Source of the DNA: Tubulanus polymorphus
Taxonomy: Eukaryota > Animalia > Nemertea
Assembly (NCBI RefSeq): GCF_964204645.1
Contig: NC_134033.1
Span: forward strand, 9,928,655-9,992,654
DNA: 64,000 nt
Direction of reading: 5' to 3'
Positions 1-12,829 of this stretch are shown piece after piece (position 1 is the first letter of the stretch; the number at the start of each line of letters is the position of its first letter). Position numbers and translations under genes: made by a program. The notes below the pieces were generated by a model. That model was not told the DNA's origin, made no database searches, and saw only the letters and a program-made list of their open reading frames with translations.

Positions 1-418
1 TTAACTAACATTTGTGACGTATATAACAAAGTGTAATCAAATAAATTGAACTGCAAACAGAAAGATAATTCAAGACATGCAAGGGTATGGAAAAATTATG
101 AATGAACATTTAACAAAAATTAGGCATGAAGTTTAACTATAGAAAACAGCGGCATGTGGATGAATCTAGAGGATTTGACCCTTCATTGAAAAACCTGCAG
201 ACCTCCTGATAAATCTTGTAATTGGTAGCTCATGACATATTCATTTATAGGTAGTGAGTGTGGTTGCAAATATTGAAATAATATGATATATCCAGATAAT
301 TAACATGTTGGGTCGTTAAAGATTGTATTCAACAGATATGGAATATGTTGGGATGATGTTTTTGTGTATCTAGTTTTTCATGATGAATTATATACATATG
401 TCTTTATGTCTCATATAG

Positions 419-520
419 GTAACCAAATCATTGTATTGGTTCGTAAAATCTACTTGTGACATGGAGGTGCAGATTATATCAGTTGAAAGAATTAAAGAAT
501 ACAGTGAAATTCCATCGGAA
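419..520 (+). CDS. ABCC1: ABCC1/MRP1-like transporter, exon (end of TMD2)
   Basis: AG at 417-418, GTAAGT at 521; translates VTKSLYWFVKSTCDMEVQIISVERIKEYSEIPSE, the conserved ABCC 'VERIKEY' segment; 102 nt, phase 0/0. Confidence 0.93.
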
Positions 521-526
521 GTAAGT

Positions 527-1593
527 CAGGGTTCGTAGCGGGTCTTACAAGTGCTTAAAAGTGCTTATTTTGAAAAATGAATTGTTAAGGGCTTTTATAA
601 GTGCTTATTTTTACTAAAATCTATTCAAAGTGCTTATTAGTGCTTATATTTTGTGATTTTGGTTGGCTGGAGATATTTTGTTATTCTGCCGGTCTGGCTA
701 AAAATAGTCTGCCGATGTATGTATGTCCTTCACACACGCATCACTCAGACTGCTGCTGTCTGGTTATTGATCTAACGCCAAAATCACGCCTAGTTGTGTG
801 ACCTAGTTACAGTTTTCCAAGAAACTGGCTACCTTCCAACTTATAGCTACCAATCATTCTAGCAACTGCAGCAGTTTAAGAACAAACCTGCCATGTGCTA
901 GCGAGTCATGGGGAAAATCCATTACCATATATATCATCAAAGTTGAATATGCTTGTGACAGTGGTGTTGTGCACAAAGATTTCATCTTTATACGTTGTTG
1001 CGAATCCCAGAACAAATCTATTTTTGTGCTCAGAGGTAAATTGTACTCAGTTGATCCTACTGGACTCCATGTCCTTGATCAGATGTTTGCATGAATTGTG
1101 AATTTTTAAGCGGAAAAATATTTCTTTTGATGGTTGAAAATACCTTGATACAACTGTTGTTGCCTTAGATTACTTGACCTGGATCCGTGCCATGTAGATG
1201 ATGCGTTATTCCAAAGAGCCCCTTAGCACAGATGATTTTGGAAGGAGTTGATCGGTATAGTTAGATATGGAAAGCTCTTGGTAGGGCTCTATTTATTGTT
1301 GAAGAAATGGAAAACTAAATCATCGAATATGAATCTATTTTAAATGATTGCCCATTAACTCATGATTCCTTATACATTATGAATCATTCACTCCTCCTGC
1401 TCATCTGTTACACAGTAGAAAGGTAACTAACCACAATGCTGTCACTTGGGTGCACTTTCAGTGACACAAAAAGCAACGGGTACAACTTTTCAAAATTTCT
1501 AGCCTGATTTTCCTGTAAAAAGTGCTTATTTTGGTTTGAAATAAGTACTTATAAGTGCTTATTTTGACCATAGCCTTACAAATATGAACCCTG
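527..1593. mobile_element. Non-autonomous hAT5-like DNA transposon
   Basis: TIR CAGGGTTCGTA / TATGAACCCTG; 5-bp TSD TAAGT (522-526, 1594-1598); multiple subterminal AAGTGCTTA repeats at both ends. Confidence 0.8.
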
Positions 1594-2427
1594 TAAGTAG
1601 TGTATTAAGTATTGCATATGCATATGCAAGTGTTGAGCCACACACATTAGGCGGAATGGGTGCCCATCGCTTGTGGTGCGCAGGGATTGTCAAATTATGC
1701 AAACCAATCAAAAAAGTTATATTTCAACACATGATATTGATGAAATAAAAGAACACACTCTAATCTGGGGAACTGCATCAACTTTTGGAATGGTATATGG
1801 TTCTTAATTATCATGATTCCATTTTGAGTTCATTCACACAATGGACGATTAGGTGTACAGAGACTTGCATCAACTCCAATATTAAATTTTTATAAGGTTA
1901 CCTCCAGATAATCTGTTATCACCATAGTAAATCATTCTCAAATTCCAACACACACATATATACATTCTCAAGAAGTTTTAATGGCTAGCATCAGTTATAC
2001 TAGTGACAGCTGACAGGAGAAGCGATAAATTAGATAACACTTGCGTTCCATCGGCGAATTATTGTGAAGAGTTATAGTATATGCATAATAGAAGCACAAA
2101 ATTCTCCAATATTATGTACTTTAGTATGAGGAATGGTGATGGTAACTTTTTTATAAGATTCTCAAAACAACATTTATTCAATGTACATTTGCCATTCAAA
2201 CATTTTATTGTAACTAACTCACTTATGAACTCTATTATACCATGCGCACTTGTCACTGTACTGTTGCCATGGTAACATAGTAGTATTTGATATATAGTAT
2301 TAAGTCAACTCAAATTTACTGATAAATTTGCCATGTAGTTGGCCTGCCAAAAGTGCAAAAGACCTCTAGAATTTTCTGAGGAGTAATTGACTCTACTAGT
2401 GCAATTCCTGAGTGCTAATGGGTTAAA

Positions 2428-2590
2428 CATTAAGATTGAAATAGCCCGAGGATTATCTTTTCGAGCTCTACGTATTTGTGATCAAAAGTTTTTAGATAAA
2501 GAAATCAAACATATAAGAACTGCTTTCAAGAAACTAGACTATCCAGACAAAATTTTGAACAAAGCTTGGTTCAAAGCCCGTATTTCTCAC
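2428..2590 (+). mobile_element. Penelope-like RT C-terminal fragment
   Basis: IARGLSFRALRICDQKFLDKEIKHIRTAFKKLDYPDKILNKAWFKAR aligns by eye with the same segment of the 48521-49801 Penelope ORF. Confidence 0.75.
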
Positions 2591-4898
2591 TTAGGACGTA
2601 CTGATGGAGGTAACTTGGTTGCAGTTATGGTTGAAAATATGATTTTCAGTAGTGGCGGTGATGGCAGCCATATTGAAAACAGCCAAAGTATTGGCCCAAA
2701 TTGAATAAAATCGATTTTATCCGATAGTTTTACTAAGATTTAGTAGGTAAAGGCGTTGTTTTCACTAGCCTAGGTTACTTTGTTGCAAAATCATGGTTGG
2801 AAATAAGTTGATGATAGTAATGATAGTAACATGCAACATCTGACATCAGAGCAGTGTTCAGGCAATGACACAACACAGTTACCCTTGTCAACCATAAGGA
2901 AAATGATCATCATCCAAAATAAGTGTAACTGAGATTATTTATTTGTCCACATAAAAATTTAACCAATTCATCTTCACTTTTCAGTTATACTAACAAACGA
3001 TAGATATTAACCTAAATACAAATGAAAATTTCTGGTTAAACCTTTAGTATAGTCGAAATCGTTTGTTGCGAAAAAAGTATAGATACGCACTGTACTGTAA
3101 GTAGATGAATTTGACTAATTAACCTTAGACACATTCTCTGTGAAGTGTACCGTATTCTAATACTTATAGCACGAAAATGAAACTAAAATTGATTTATGCT
3201 GATTGGAACTAGATGCCTAGAAAAAAGAATTGTGAATCATACTATTTAAACCGGCGATAACTTTTTTTATCGTACGGTAGTATCGTAAATCCAAATTCCT
3301 ATAATTTTCTATCATCATCATCTGACCACTTATTCGAGACTAAGAAGCAACTATATTACCTTCGGCTGACAAAAAGTTACCGTAATGCATTGTATCCACT
3401 GAAACAGCAGCAATGTTCACGATCAGTACGGCCATCTCGTCACATGTGTAGTTGAATACGATCTTCTCGTAAGGTCCAGGTTCCAGTCACAATCAATAGT
3501 TTAACAGCTTCATCTGTACTGGTGTCACAAGGACTTAAATTCGGGTTCTCCCCATCTGTAACTGGCTGGGTGTTGTATCGGCAGGCTGGCTGGGGTAACT
3601 AGCATTTAGACTAGCGGTACAGTATTCCATCCATCATGAACAATAAGGCATTTAAACCTTATATGTACAATCTTTATTGCATCCCGGAATGAGAATGATT
3701 ATCATAACTTTACATCGTCTTTATATACAGAATCATGAGTATGATATGAGAACTAGGTGTCAGACAAGTTGTAGACATCAGGACTGTCGATAACCGACAT
3801 AGGAAACTCGGACTTCGAGATATATTTTTTAACGGTTTATTCATCTTCGAACGTTAAACTACAAATGACAAAATGATGAAATAAGACAAGATAGAATAAC
3901 AGAGGATTAGAAACGGCAATTTTGGATAATTTGCTATGTAGGCAAGATTAGACAATTATAGGAATTTTACTTACAACTCTATATCGATGTGAAGGTTATG
4001 AAGTCCAAGTGGCGAATGCCCAGAATAAAGGATTTTCAGAACTCAGGTAAACTGAGAATCACATACCACAAACTGAATGCCAAATGCTTTAATGTTTTGA
4101 AAATTCACTGAACTGGAACTAAGCACCAGAGGCGACAGAAAACCACAATAGATAATACATAGACTTTGACAACAGTAACAGACAAGACACATAACAAAAA
4201 CAGATGAACAAACATATCTACACATAAATTGTTGAACCTACCGTAAAAACCGGCGTATAAGTCGAGTTTTTAACCCTTGATTTTACCACTAAATTATTGA
4301 CCTCGACTTATACGCCGAGTACAGTTTTCTACTAAGTATTTTCAGGTCACAAGAAATATTGATTCTACCAGACAGAAAATACAGTGTTCATCTTCTTACT
4401 GCTATAACAGTTTGAATATTTATTCATGATAAATAAATACATTCAATGAAAAAAACTTCTTTCATTTTGACATAGCTTCATTTAAAACGATGTATTCATA
4501 TATGCGCGCTCATAGCAGCGCTTAATACACTAGGCTATATATAGCGTGTGACTCACACTACTGTATCACTGTATGGTAGTGTATTTTACCTGAGTGTGTG
4601 TGTGTAACAGTCTATTGATTAAAGGGTAACTGACAGATATTTTATTCTGGCATAATTTCCTTTGAAAAAATATATAGAATACGGATTTGTAAAGGTTTTT
4701 TGCTCTAAAAGTCATAGATCTATTAAAAATAGTACTTTAGTAACTGCATTTTCTTGCGGTGTGTTGAACTAGTTTCCGTAAACAAACATCGGCAATTTCC
4801 GGAATTCTCAAGTGCGTGACGTCACTACATGTACCAGGAAGTCTTTTGTCTCAGCGTTCATCTATACAAATGATTATTTACATGTTTACTTTTCCAAA

Positions 4899-7800
4899 AT
4901 GGGACTTCGCTGTGTCCCTTATGGGTGCAGTCATGGCAGTGCTGACAAAACAAGTACATTCTACTGGCCAAGTGATGATAAGACGAGGGCCATGTGGACG
5001 AAATTTGTATGCCAGAAGCGTTTAAACTGGACAGGGCCGACCCGGTATTCGGTCTTATGTCGGTATCATTTTGAAGAAACAGCTTGTGCAAATAAGATGA
5101 TGTTTGACGCAAATTTCGCGAAAAAGTAAGCTTCATAATAAAACCCTTGAAATATAAATGAATAAATCCAGCCCATATGACTGGAACCTCCTGATTTAGG
5201 AGTATAGTATAGGATTTGGATGATACTGAAGATTTATTATTTTGATGAGATGGTCCCCGGACAACCTGGCCTGTAAAAAGCTATAATAGCGCTTTCATCA
5301 TATGCAGGCATCGTACTACAAAAAGGGACAATTTCACAATAATAAATCTATGAATTACTGAGTGAAAAGTATCTTTATCTTATAATAATAGACTACTCCA
5401 TTTATTGAAAACAAGATAAACATAGCTGTCCTAATAGGTCATAGATAGCACAGGCCACAAATCAAAATGAATATCAAAATGCAACATATAATATCATTAT
5501 GAGAGCTTCGCCAAATGAACTGATTTCTGAAGAAAATGTTTTATTTATTCAGGTAACTGCTAAAGTCAGGAGCTGTACCAACAATTCATATGCCAGTCCT
5601 GCCAAGTCAATTAAACTCAGCTGACGAAACGCTTTTTTCACCCCCCAGACCAAAGGGCAGGGCTGCATATGAAAAAAGAGAAAGAAAAAGAATATTTAAC
5701 AATGTGGCGAACCCTCAAAAAGCCTCAGCTGTAATTCCCGATGATGAATCTTCGTTTCAAGACCCGGACTGCCTAGTTGAGTCCAACATTGCCGCCAAAT
5801 CTAAAGAAATTGGCATACAAAGTGCACCAGATTGTGTGTCAAAAGGTGAGTATCTTTTTCAGTAGTGCCTTTTTCATTGTTGATACTGGTTTTTCACAGA
5901 GCAAAAGTTTAATTATTGATCTTTTGATAAATTCAGCTATTCAGACGCTTAAGACACCAGCAAAACCGAAAGTAGTAGTAAGGTACAAAACAAAACCTGT
6001 TTATGTATTCAAAAAAGTATGCCAAACCTCACGGGGGGTTCAGATAACTCCTGCAACAAAAAGTAAGCACTGTATTTAGGAAATATTTTCAATATAATCA
6101 ATGATTGACTAATTTCTTATCAGATTTGATCACAATCCTATATCAATACTTATAATGAAAAAGTAAAAAAACTTCATTTAGGCCTATAGACTATTTTAAA
6201 GTTTTCAACCATCCATTTCAGCGATTGCCACAGAGGTAAATATGAAGAGGAAAGGTCGGCCCCTTGGAAGCAGCAGGAAGACCTTTGTTGTTGATAGCAG
6301 TTCGTCTGAGGATAATGATTCTGATGATGAATACATTCCATCTGAATCTGACTCGGGTAGTGATAATAACTATGATTCTGATGAAGAAAATATTATTTTT
6401 GATGAAATGAGGTAACTTTTTTATGAGTATGTCTCAGGTAATGCTTATTGCTGATGATTACTAGTGCCACCCTACAACGATCTATCTATCCAATTTTCAG
6501 AGTTTATTTCGAAATTTTCTTACTCAAGCGTCAAATCTTGATTCAGTAATTATCGTCAAAACAACACATTTATGAAAGAAAAAAACCTTCTGAGGAAACT
6601 GAAATTCCTAGGTCCTTTCCAGAGCATAATTCAATTTGATTTTCTTCGCTCATTTCTTATAGGGCGGTCCGGGTCAGAGATGACAGCCAGCTAGATTATG
6701 GGAAACAAGCTAAAGTAATCATTTTCGAGCATAAACTATTTGAACTTTTCCGTCATTGTAATTCTTGCGGTGGTTATAACAAGATAGAGAAAAGAACCAA
6801 AGACACATTACTAGTTGTTCAAACAACATGCCAGTTGTGCTGGAAACAGAGTAGTTGGCAGAACCAGGATTTCATTGCAGGGAAACCAGTTTTGAATATT
6901 TTGATAAGTGCGATGATCTTGCTTACTGGAAACTGGCCAACAAAATCTATACGGTTGTTCAAGTAAGTCACCACAGATGTGAACTTCTGATATTGTTAAA
7001 TATTCAAAATTGTGTCCTAAATTCATTTAGGCCTAATATCCTCTGTTTCGATAGTTGAAAATTGATAGTGGGAACATAATTTTTTTTCCAGGTTGCTAAA
7101 TATTGCCATTCATTCAACGAGATCGTTTTCCGCTACCAACAAAATTTCTCTCATGGAGCAATTAACCGGGTTTGGGAAGTCAGCAGAAAAACAATTTTGG
7201 ATGGTTTAAATGGTGAGCGATTACTCGGTGGTGATGGGAGATGCGACTCCATGGGACACTCTGCCAAATTTGGGAGTTACTCCATCATGGACATCGAGGC
7301 GAAGAAAGTTGTTTCACTGCAACTAGTGCAGGTAGATATACTGACGTAAAAGTTTTCAGATTGAAGTTGTGAGTTAAAATCTATTTTTTTAATAGCCATT
7401 GATAAAAAATGCCATATTGTGCAATTCCTTTCTAGTCAAATGAAGTTAAAACCTCAAATGCCATGGAGTTGGAGGGCCTAAAACGCTGCACAACAGAATT
7501 AGGGAATATACCGGTAAAGGCATTTATATCAGATATGCATTTGCAGATTGGAAAATGGATAAGGACAGTATGGAAAGTTAGTCACTATTATGACTGCTGG
7601 CACGTTGTCAAAAGTAAGTTAAAAAAATCTTTGCATAAATGTCTGTATAAATTATAAATGCAAAAATACAAATTTGACTCAAATCTATGATTTTCAAAAC
7701 TATTTGATTGAATTGATAGATCAGTTTCGAAAATTGCGCATAGAATTGAGTCAAAATGTCAAATACCCTCTTAGTTTTTCTTCACATTTTGGGTCTTTCA

Positions 7801-8874
7801 GCAATCACTTTTTATATCGTTGGATAGCTTGAAAAATCTAATAATCTATAATTTCAGGTATAACAAAAAAGTTAGAGAAATTAGCGAAGACCAAAGCCTT
7901 TGTGGACATTCAAGACTGGGTGAAATCATTAAAATATCATCTATACTGGTGTGTTTCGTCTTCCCCGAAAGACGATAAGGAATCAATCAAGAAAAAATGG
8001 CTCTCAGCTGTGGAACATGTTCAGGGGGTACACGTCAATTGTCAACACAAACCTTATGTGGCTCAGAAAAAGTGGTTGTTACCAGGTATTTAATTGAAAA
8101 CCATGTACTAGATAGAATAGTTCTATACCCAATCCTGATTAAGAAAAAAATGTGGAATAAATCTATTAATTTAATCGTCTAGGTACGCCAGCAGGTGACA
8201 AGATTGAAGAAGTTTTGAAAGGAACAAGATTAGTGAACAAGGTCACCAAAATGTCACCATATGGACAGACAAGCCGATTAGAATGTTTACATTCTGTCTT
8301 CAACCATTTTGCCCCGAAAATGCTTCAGTTTTCATACAGAGGACTCCTCTCAAGGTCAGGCAAAAGCTCAAAACTGAAATATGCTATTAATTCTATTCTA
8401 ATATGCTATTAACATTTTTTAATATCATTCTAGGCTCCACATTGCAGCAATGCATTTCAATGAAAACAGCTCCAGGATGCAAAAACTAAAAAAGATGGAA
8501 CTGGTCGTGTGTCATTGATATACCCAAAATATAAGAAACGTCATGTGCTTCGATTTTTGCTAAATGATGCAACTTATGGTAAGAAATCCATATTAGATTT
8601 GCACTGACTTCTGCAGTTAAATGATTCAAAGATAACTTTGTCACTTAAGGTGTCTTAATGTCAATTGAATAGCATATTTTAAATCAGTATTCTATTTTCT
8701 TCAGATTATGTCAATGATTGTTTGAATGAAATCATAGGAGATATCAAAAAGAAACAACATACTAAAAAAAATATTGTTAGAGCTCCTCAAAGCCTGACCA
8801 GTGGTCGAGAACGAGTTTCAAAGGAAGAGGCATTGGAACTGCATCGTAGTAGATTTGTAAAGAATATGAAATGA
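4899..8874 (+). pseudogene. Kolobok transposase (THAP domain + DDE), about 10 exons, disrupted
   Basis: THAP C2CH: RCVPYGC...WP...W...LCRYHF...GAVPTI; core motifs GDGRCDSMGHSAKFGSYSIMD, MELEGLKRC, SDMH, YYDCWHVVK, QTSRLECLHS...PK, HFNEN; in-frame TAA at 5554 and frameshifts near 7125 and 8490. Confidence 0.88.
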
Positions 8875-8979
8875 GTTGAAAATGAAATGCAGAAAGATGA
8901 AAAATTTTTATTTTGTGATAAAATTTCATATAGAAAATTTAATACTGAGGTTATTTAACTAAACGAAATGCTATGGCAA

Positions 8980-10192
8980 TCAGTCTTCTTTTTCTTCTTC
9001 TAACGCTGGCCATCGGAAACCTTTGTACAAATCCTCATCCCCATCTTCAGAAGGAAAATGAGCCCGGATGCAGGAAACGACACAGGACGGCAAAATAACA
9101 CGATTTTTTCTGCCACAGTATCCCAAACACCATCGGGTAAATTGTCGATAGGCTTGTAGAAAACTCTGCGACAGTCGGGCCCTTAAACGGGCGCACCAAA
9201 GACCAACAACACACACACGTATATCGCAGATACAAAAATGACATAGAATTTATTCCCAATACTGTATTTATATAAGGTACAAATAATGTGAGTAATAAAC
9301 CGTGAACTAACTCGACCATAAACCGTAACAACAGGATATACAGATAAGCTTGCTTACAATATTCAACAAGGCTATGTGTCTACACTTCTCTTCGATGGGT
9401 CCTTCAAACGCTTTATTTCCATATTGTTGTTTGAATGTTAACCAGGCTACCTGCAACGCCCATCTATCTGTACAAACAGAGGCAAATGCATTAGTTTCAG
9501 TAATGCATTTAGGAACGGCCTCGTGGTGTTCAAATTCCAAAATTTCTGCCAATTTTTGAGTGACCTCTGGACTCTCCAGGTAACAGCAACATTCTGGTTC
9601 TGTGGGCAACACCTGGCAGTGAGTACACGAACACCTTAAAATAAAAACAATTATTGCGAAAATTAGACTTGGGTTCTAGAAAGTGTCCATAAGTTCAGCT
9701 CGGCCCTAACCTTATAGATTTCTACTGACAAGAAAATAACAAGCAACCCAGTACGGACACAGTACACGACTACGTTACAATGCTATGAAAATTTATTTTT
9801 GGTCTTATTGTTATTGAATTGCATGGCATGCATCAATGATAAAAAAACAGGGTAAGTTTCTATCAGGGTTGGTTATTTTAACCATAAAATGTGCATTATC
9901 AAAAATGCATTTATATATAAAGATACAAACACATATTAGCAAATATAAAACCCACCATTCGTGTAAATTATCCAGGTTCAGCCTATTGAGTGTCGGGATT
10001 GTTCGACGGAACAATGGATTCATTTGTCTCATCTGGCTCCGGTTCGTATAGATACGGCCCAATGACTTCTTCATTTTCTGAATCTCCAGATGTTGAAGAC
10101 ATGATATCTGACACATCAGAGTTGCTTGTTGAACTATCAGATGAATAATCTGACGGACTGGTGTTCGAGTTCGAGTTATCAGTAGACGCCAT
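8980..10192 (-). pseudogene. KolX-like gene (P2X7 cytoplasmic ballast-like Cys-rich domain)
   Basis: Exon 1 10192-9956 (acidic Ser-rich, PYLYEP; frameshift near 9985); exon 2 from 9634: WCSCTHCQVLPTEPECCC...CIT...F..VC...RHIA|YRQFTRW..G..R..LPSCVV..IR..FP; interrupted by a solo LTR. Confidence 0.85.
9155..9368 (+). mobile_element. Solo LTR (214 bp)
   Basis: TGTAGAA...TTCAACA termini, 5-bp TSD AGGCT (9150-9154, 9369-9373); TATATAA and AATAAA on + strand; removal restores HIAYRQF in KolX. Confidence 0.85.
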
Positions 10193-10416
10193 GCTGGTTC
10201 GATGTTGTTATTCATGCTGTGACGTCAGCATGACACGTGGTTAATTCGCACGTGTACAGTCGGAAATATGTAAACAAAGGCGACCGCTTTTATATGATAA
10301 TTGAGCACACCGAGTTCAAATACAATTTTTTTTTCTTAAAACTTCTTATGTAGTTTCTATATGATTTTAGACATCTAAAAATACCAGATTGTAATTATCT
10401 GTCAGTTACCCTTTAA

Positions 10417-12593
10417 AGGCCCACTGGCAGTATAAAAGCCCAATCAATGTCAGACATGGCAGTATCTTTGAACCTGTGGAGCAGTGAGGAACTCCAACGG
10501 TTGAAACTGGAATACTCCTATTTTCTCTGTCAGTTATCCGATTTGGATCCTCCTTTTTGTCAGACATATGTATTAATGTATAATATATTCATTTCTGCAG
10601 TCAAAATTATGTTTTAGGCCCTCCTCTTTGAGTGATAGCACAGCGCACCTAAAACGTCATCAGCTCATGCATATTAATGAGCTCATCCATTGGCAAACCA
10701 GAAGTCAGGCAAGCACTCGTGTGACTGACTCAATTGTATTGAAACTGAATAGAGAATGATCCCCCAATAGCAATCAATTAAGATTTGTGAAAATAATCAA
10801 CCTAGGGTGAAATTTATTGGTGAATTTAGTTAATATGATAGCTTGCCTTTAGAGAAGTAGCTGGAATGCCGTGGCCTGAAAACAGGAGGAAATAGCCGAT
10901 CTCTTCAGCAGTAAGTAGCTTTTGTTTGTGTTCTGTCTAAACACTGATGCTGTGTTTGTTCAAACATTAGGCCATTTAATTAAGCGTCTCATTAAGTCTC
11001 AATTATTTATTTAATGGTAGATCAGCTAGGATTAATAAGGGATTTTTCATGTTTGCTTAACTTTTGATATTGTAAAGTCTTTTAGAGCTTACTTTAAATT
11101 CCAAATAGGCCTAGCACTATAATCAATAATCATGTCCTAAAATGTATTTCAATTTGTAGGCCCAGCAAAAGAAAGCGAAGTGACTAAATTTATAAAATCT
11201 TAACCTTGGATATTTTCAGATGAAAGGAAGCAAGAGAATTTTAAAAACCAATCAACAGACGAAATTGGAAAAGCTGCAACGAGTAGCTGGTCAAACCAAC
11301 TTTGATTTTGTAAACGCCTGATTAATTTACCCTTACAACAATAAGATTAACAGACACTTTTTGAATCTGCATTGATAATCGAAAATTCTAATAACTGTGT
11401 AAATCTTAATAATGATTTTTCTCCCCACAATTAACTCATATCCAAATTCCATAATTGCAAATTGGTTTAACTCAACACAAGATTTGTCCCTTTGATCCTC
11501 TGTTCCATTCTTATGTTATCTCACTATATTACTTGTAGTCATTCAACTTGTATTCAATTTGTTTTGATTTTAGTATCCTCTAGATTGTCTCTGTAATACT
11601 ATTTTTAAGATTAACACGTATCATTAATTAGTTTGCTCTTCTTTAGCTTTTAACTTTTTCTTTGATTTGTGTATCATTTCTGATTACTTTGTCTCAAAAG
11701 AATATTGAAATATTGAATAAACTACTTCCTAAAAGAAAGATTTTATGACTTGTATTATTTTTTCGTTATTATTGTGGGATTCTTTTTATATTACTCTTTA
11801 TCCATCGACACCGGCGTTGGCCTTAAAACTTTGCCCATTGAGATTGACTTAGGAAAACGAACGAAAGTTACACTTCATATCCTCCCTATCTGGATACCTG
11901 TTGTCGCAATCTAGTGCCTTTAACAACATTGCTTCTTGTAAACCATACTTGATAAAAATATAAACCCAATTCATCGACAGTAACTAAAAATAGATCAGGT
12001 GCGCTGCGCTATTAAGCAATTTCGTTGGTATTTTCTTCACAATTTGAATCTTTGAATGACGTAAAGGGAGGAGTTATCCAGTGAATCAGTGTAGCTTGCA
12101 CGGCACAGTAACAGTAACATGATACCCTAGGCCATCACTACACATAAACAAAAATATAGGCTAATTCATAGTACCTAAATCTCACTACAAAAATCTTTTT
12201 TCCCGATCAAGGAATCAGTCTGAAATTGCATAAACTTGTTAAGCTTTATACCTTCAGTGTTATGCCAAAATTTCATCAAAATCGGATAAAAATTGATAGT
12301 TTTTAAAAATCTCAAAATTTCGCCAAATTCTTTAATCTTGGTCCTTTTCTTACAGAAAATGATCACAAGCTTCAGATTTTCACCCCCAATAAGACTGCAC
12401 CATTTAAAATTACCTCAGAACTTTATATGAAAATTTATGAATTTGTCAGATATTACAGTGTGTGACCTCTACAGTTACAGTTGTGAGCCACCCTTACTCA
12501 CTGTAAACATCATCAACATGTAAGTGTAGCTAGTGGGACGGCCCATCTCAAGTGCTTACCACCCGGTTAACTACTGCTCATACCAATGGGCCT
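10417..12593. mobile_element. Non-autonomous Kolobok-like element adjoining the first
   Basis: TTAA-AGGCCCACTGGCA ... TACCAATGGGCCT-TTAA (11/13 inverted match); shares TTAA 10413-10416 with the full-length Kolobok. Confidence 0.65.
11290..11800 (+). mobile_element. Penelope-like 3' fragment (GIY-YIG C-terminus + pLTR remnant)
   Basis: Degenerate NFDF...RHF.ESALI..NSNNCVNLNN.FSPHN, matching the end of ORF 48521-49801; TTGTGGGA motif shared with the other pLTRs. Confidence 0.65.
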
Positions 12594-12829
12594 TTAACAC
12601 ACAAGCAGCAATCAGGCTAACGCGCGGCGGCGTGCGTGAAGGCGCACATCGTAATCAAAACAAACTATTCAATATAATACAAGTAATCATTCTTCTTAGA
12701 GAAGGGACTCGACTTATAAGCCGGATATATGAAAGGCTGAATCCAAGAACATGTCTATCGCTTTTTTGAGCCCAAGCGTCTATTTTTACTTAGTAGCCAC
12801 TTGAGAACAATAAGCAATTAACGATATCG

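Larger units (their letters stand above)
4623..10412 (+). mobile_element. Full-length Kolobok DNA transposon (two convergent genes)
   Basis: 17-bp perfect TIR AGGGTAACTGACAGATA / TATCTGTCAGTTACCCT, TTAA on both sides (4619-4622, 10413-10416); encodes THAP-DDE transposase and KolX-like gene. Confidence 0.92.
4241..12730. mobile_element. pogo/Tigger-like MITE split by Kolobok insertions
   Basis: TA + CCGTAAAAACCGGCGTATAAGTCGA terminus with CTCGACTTATACGCCG at ~4302; the matching CTCGACTTATAAGCCG reappears at ~12708; right terminus not clearly retained. Confidence 0.6.

Noticed and set aside
601-1101. Short ORFs inside the hAT5-like element as transposase
   Set aside because: No convincing hAT motifs on manual translation
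8980-9634. Host P2X7 purinoceptor gene
   Set aside because: Only the Cys-rich cytoplasmic-type domain is present, with no TM or ectodomain exons, and it lies within Kolobok TIRs
4623-12593. KolobokP-type element with long terminal direct repeats
   Set aside because: No long direct repeats are seen, and the second gene is KolX-like rather than a His-Me nuclease
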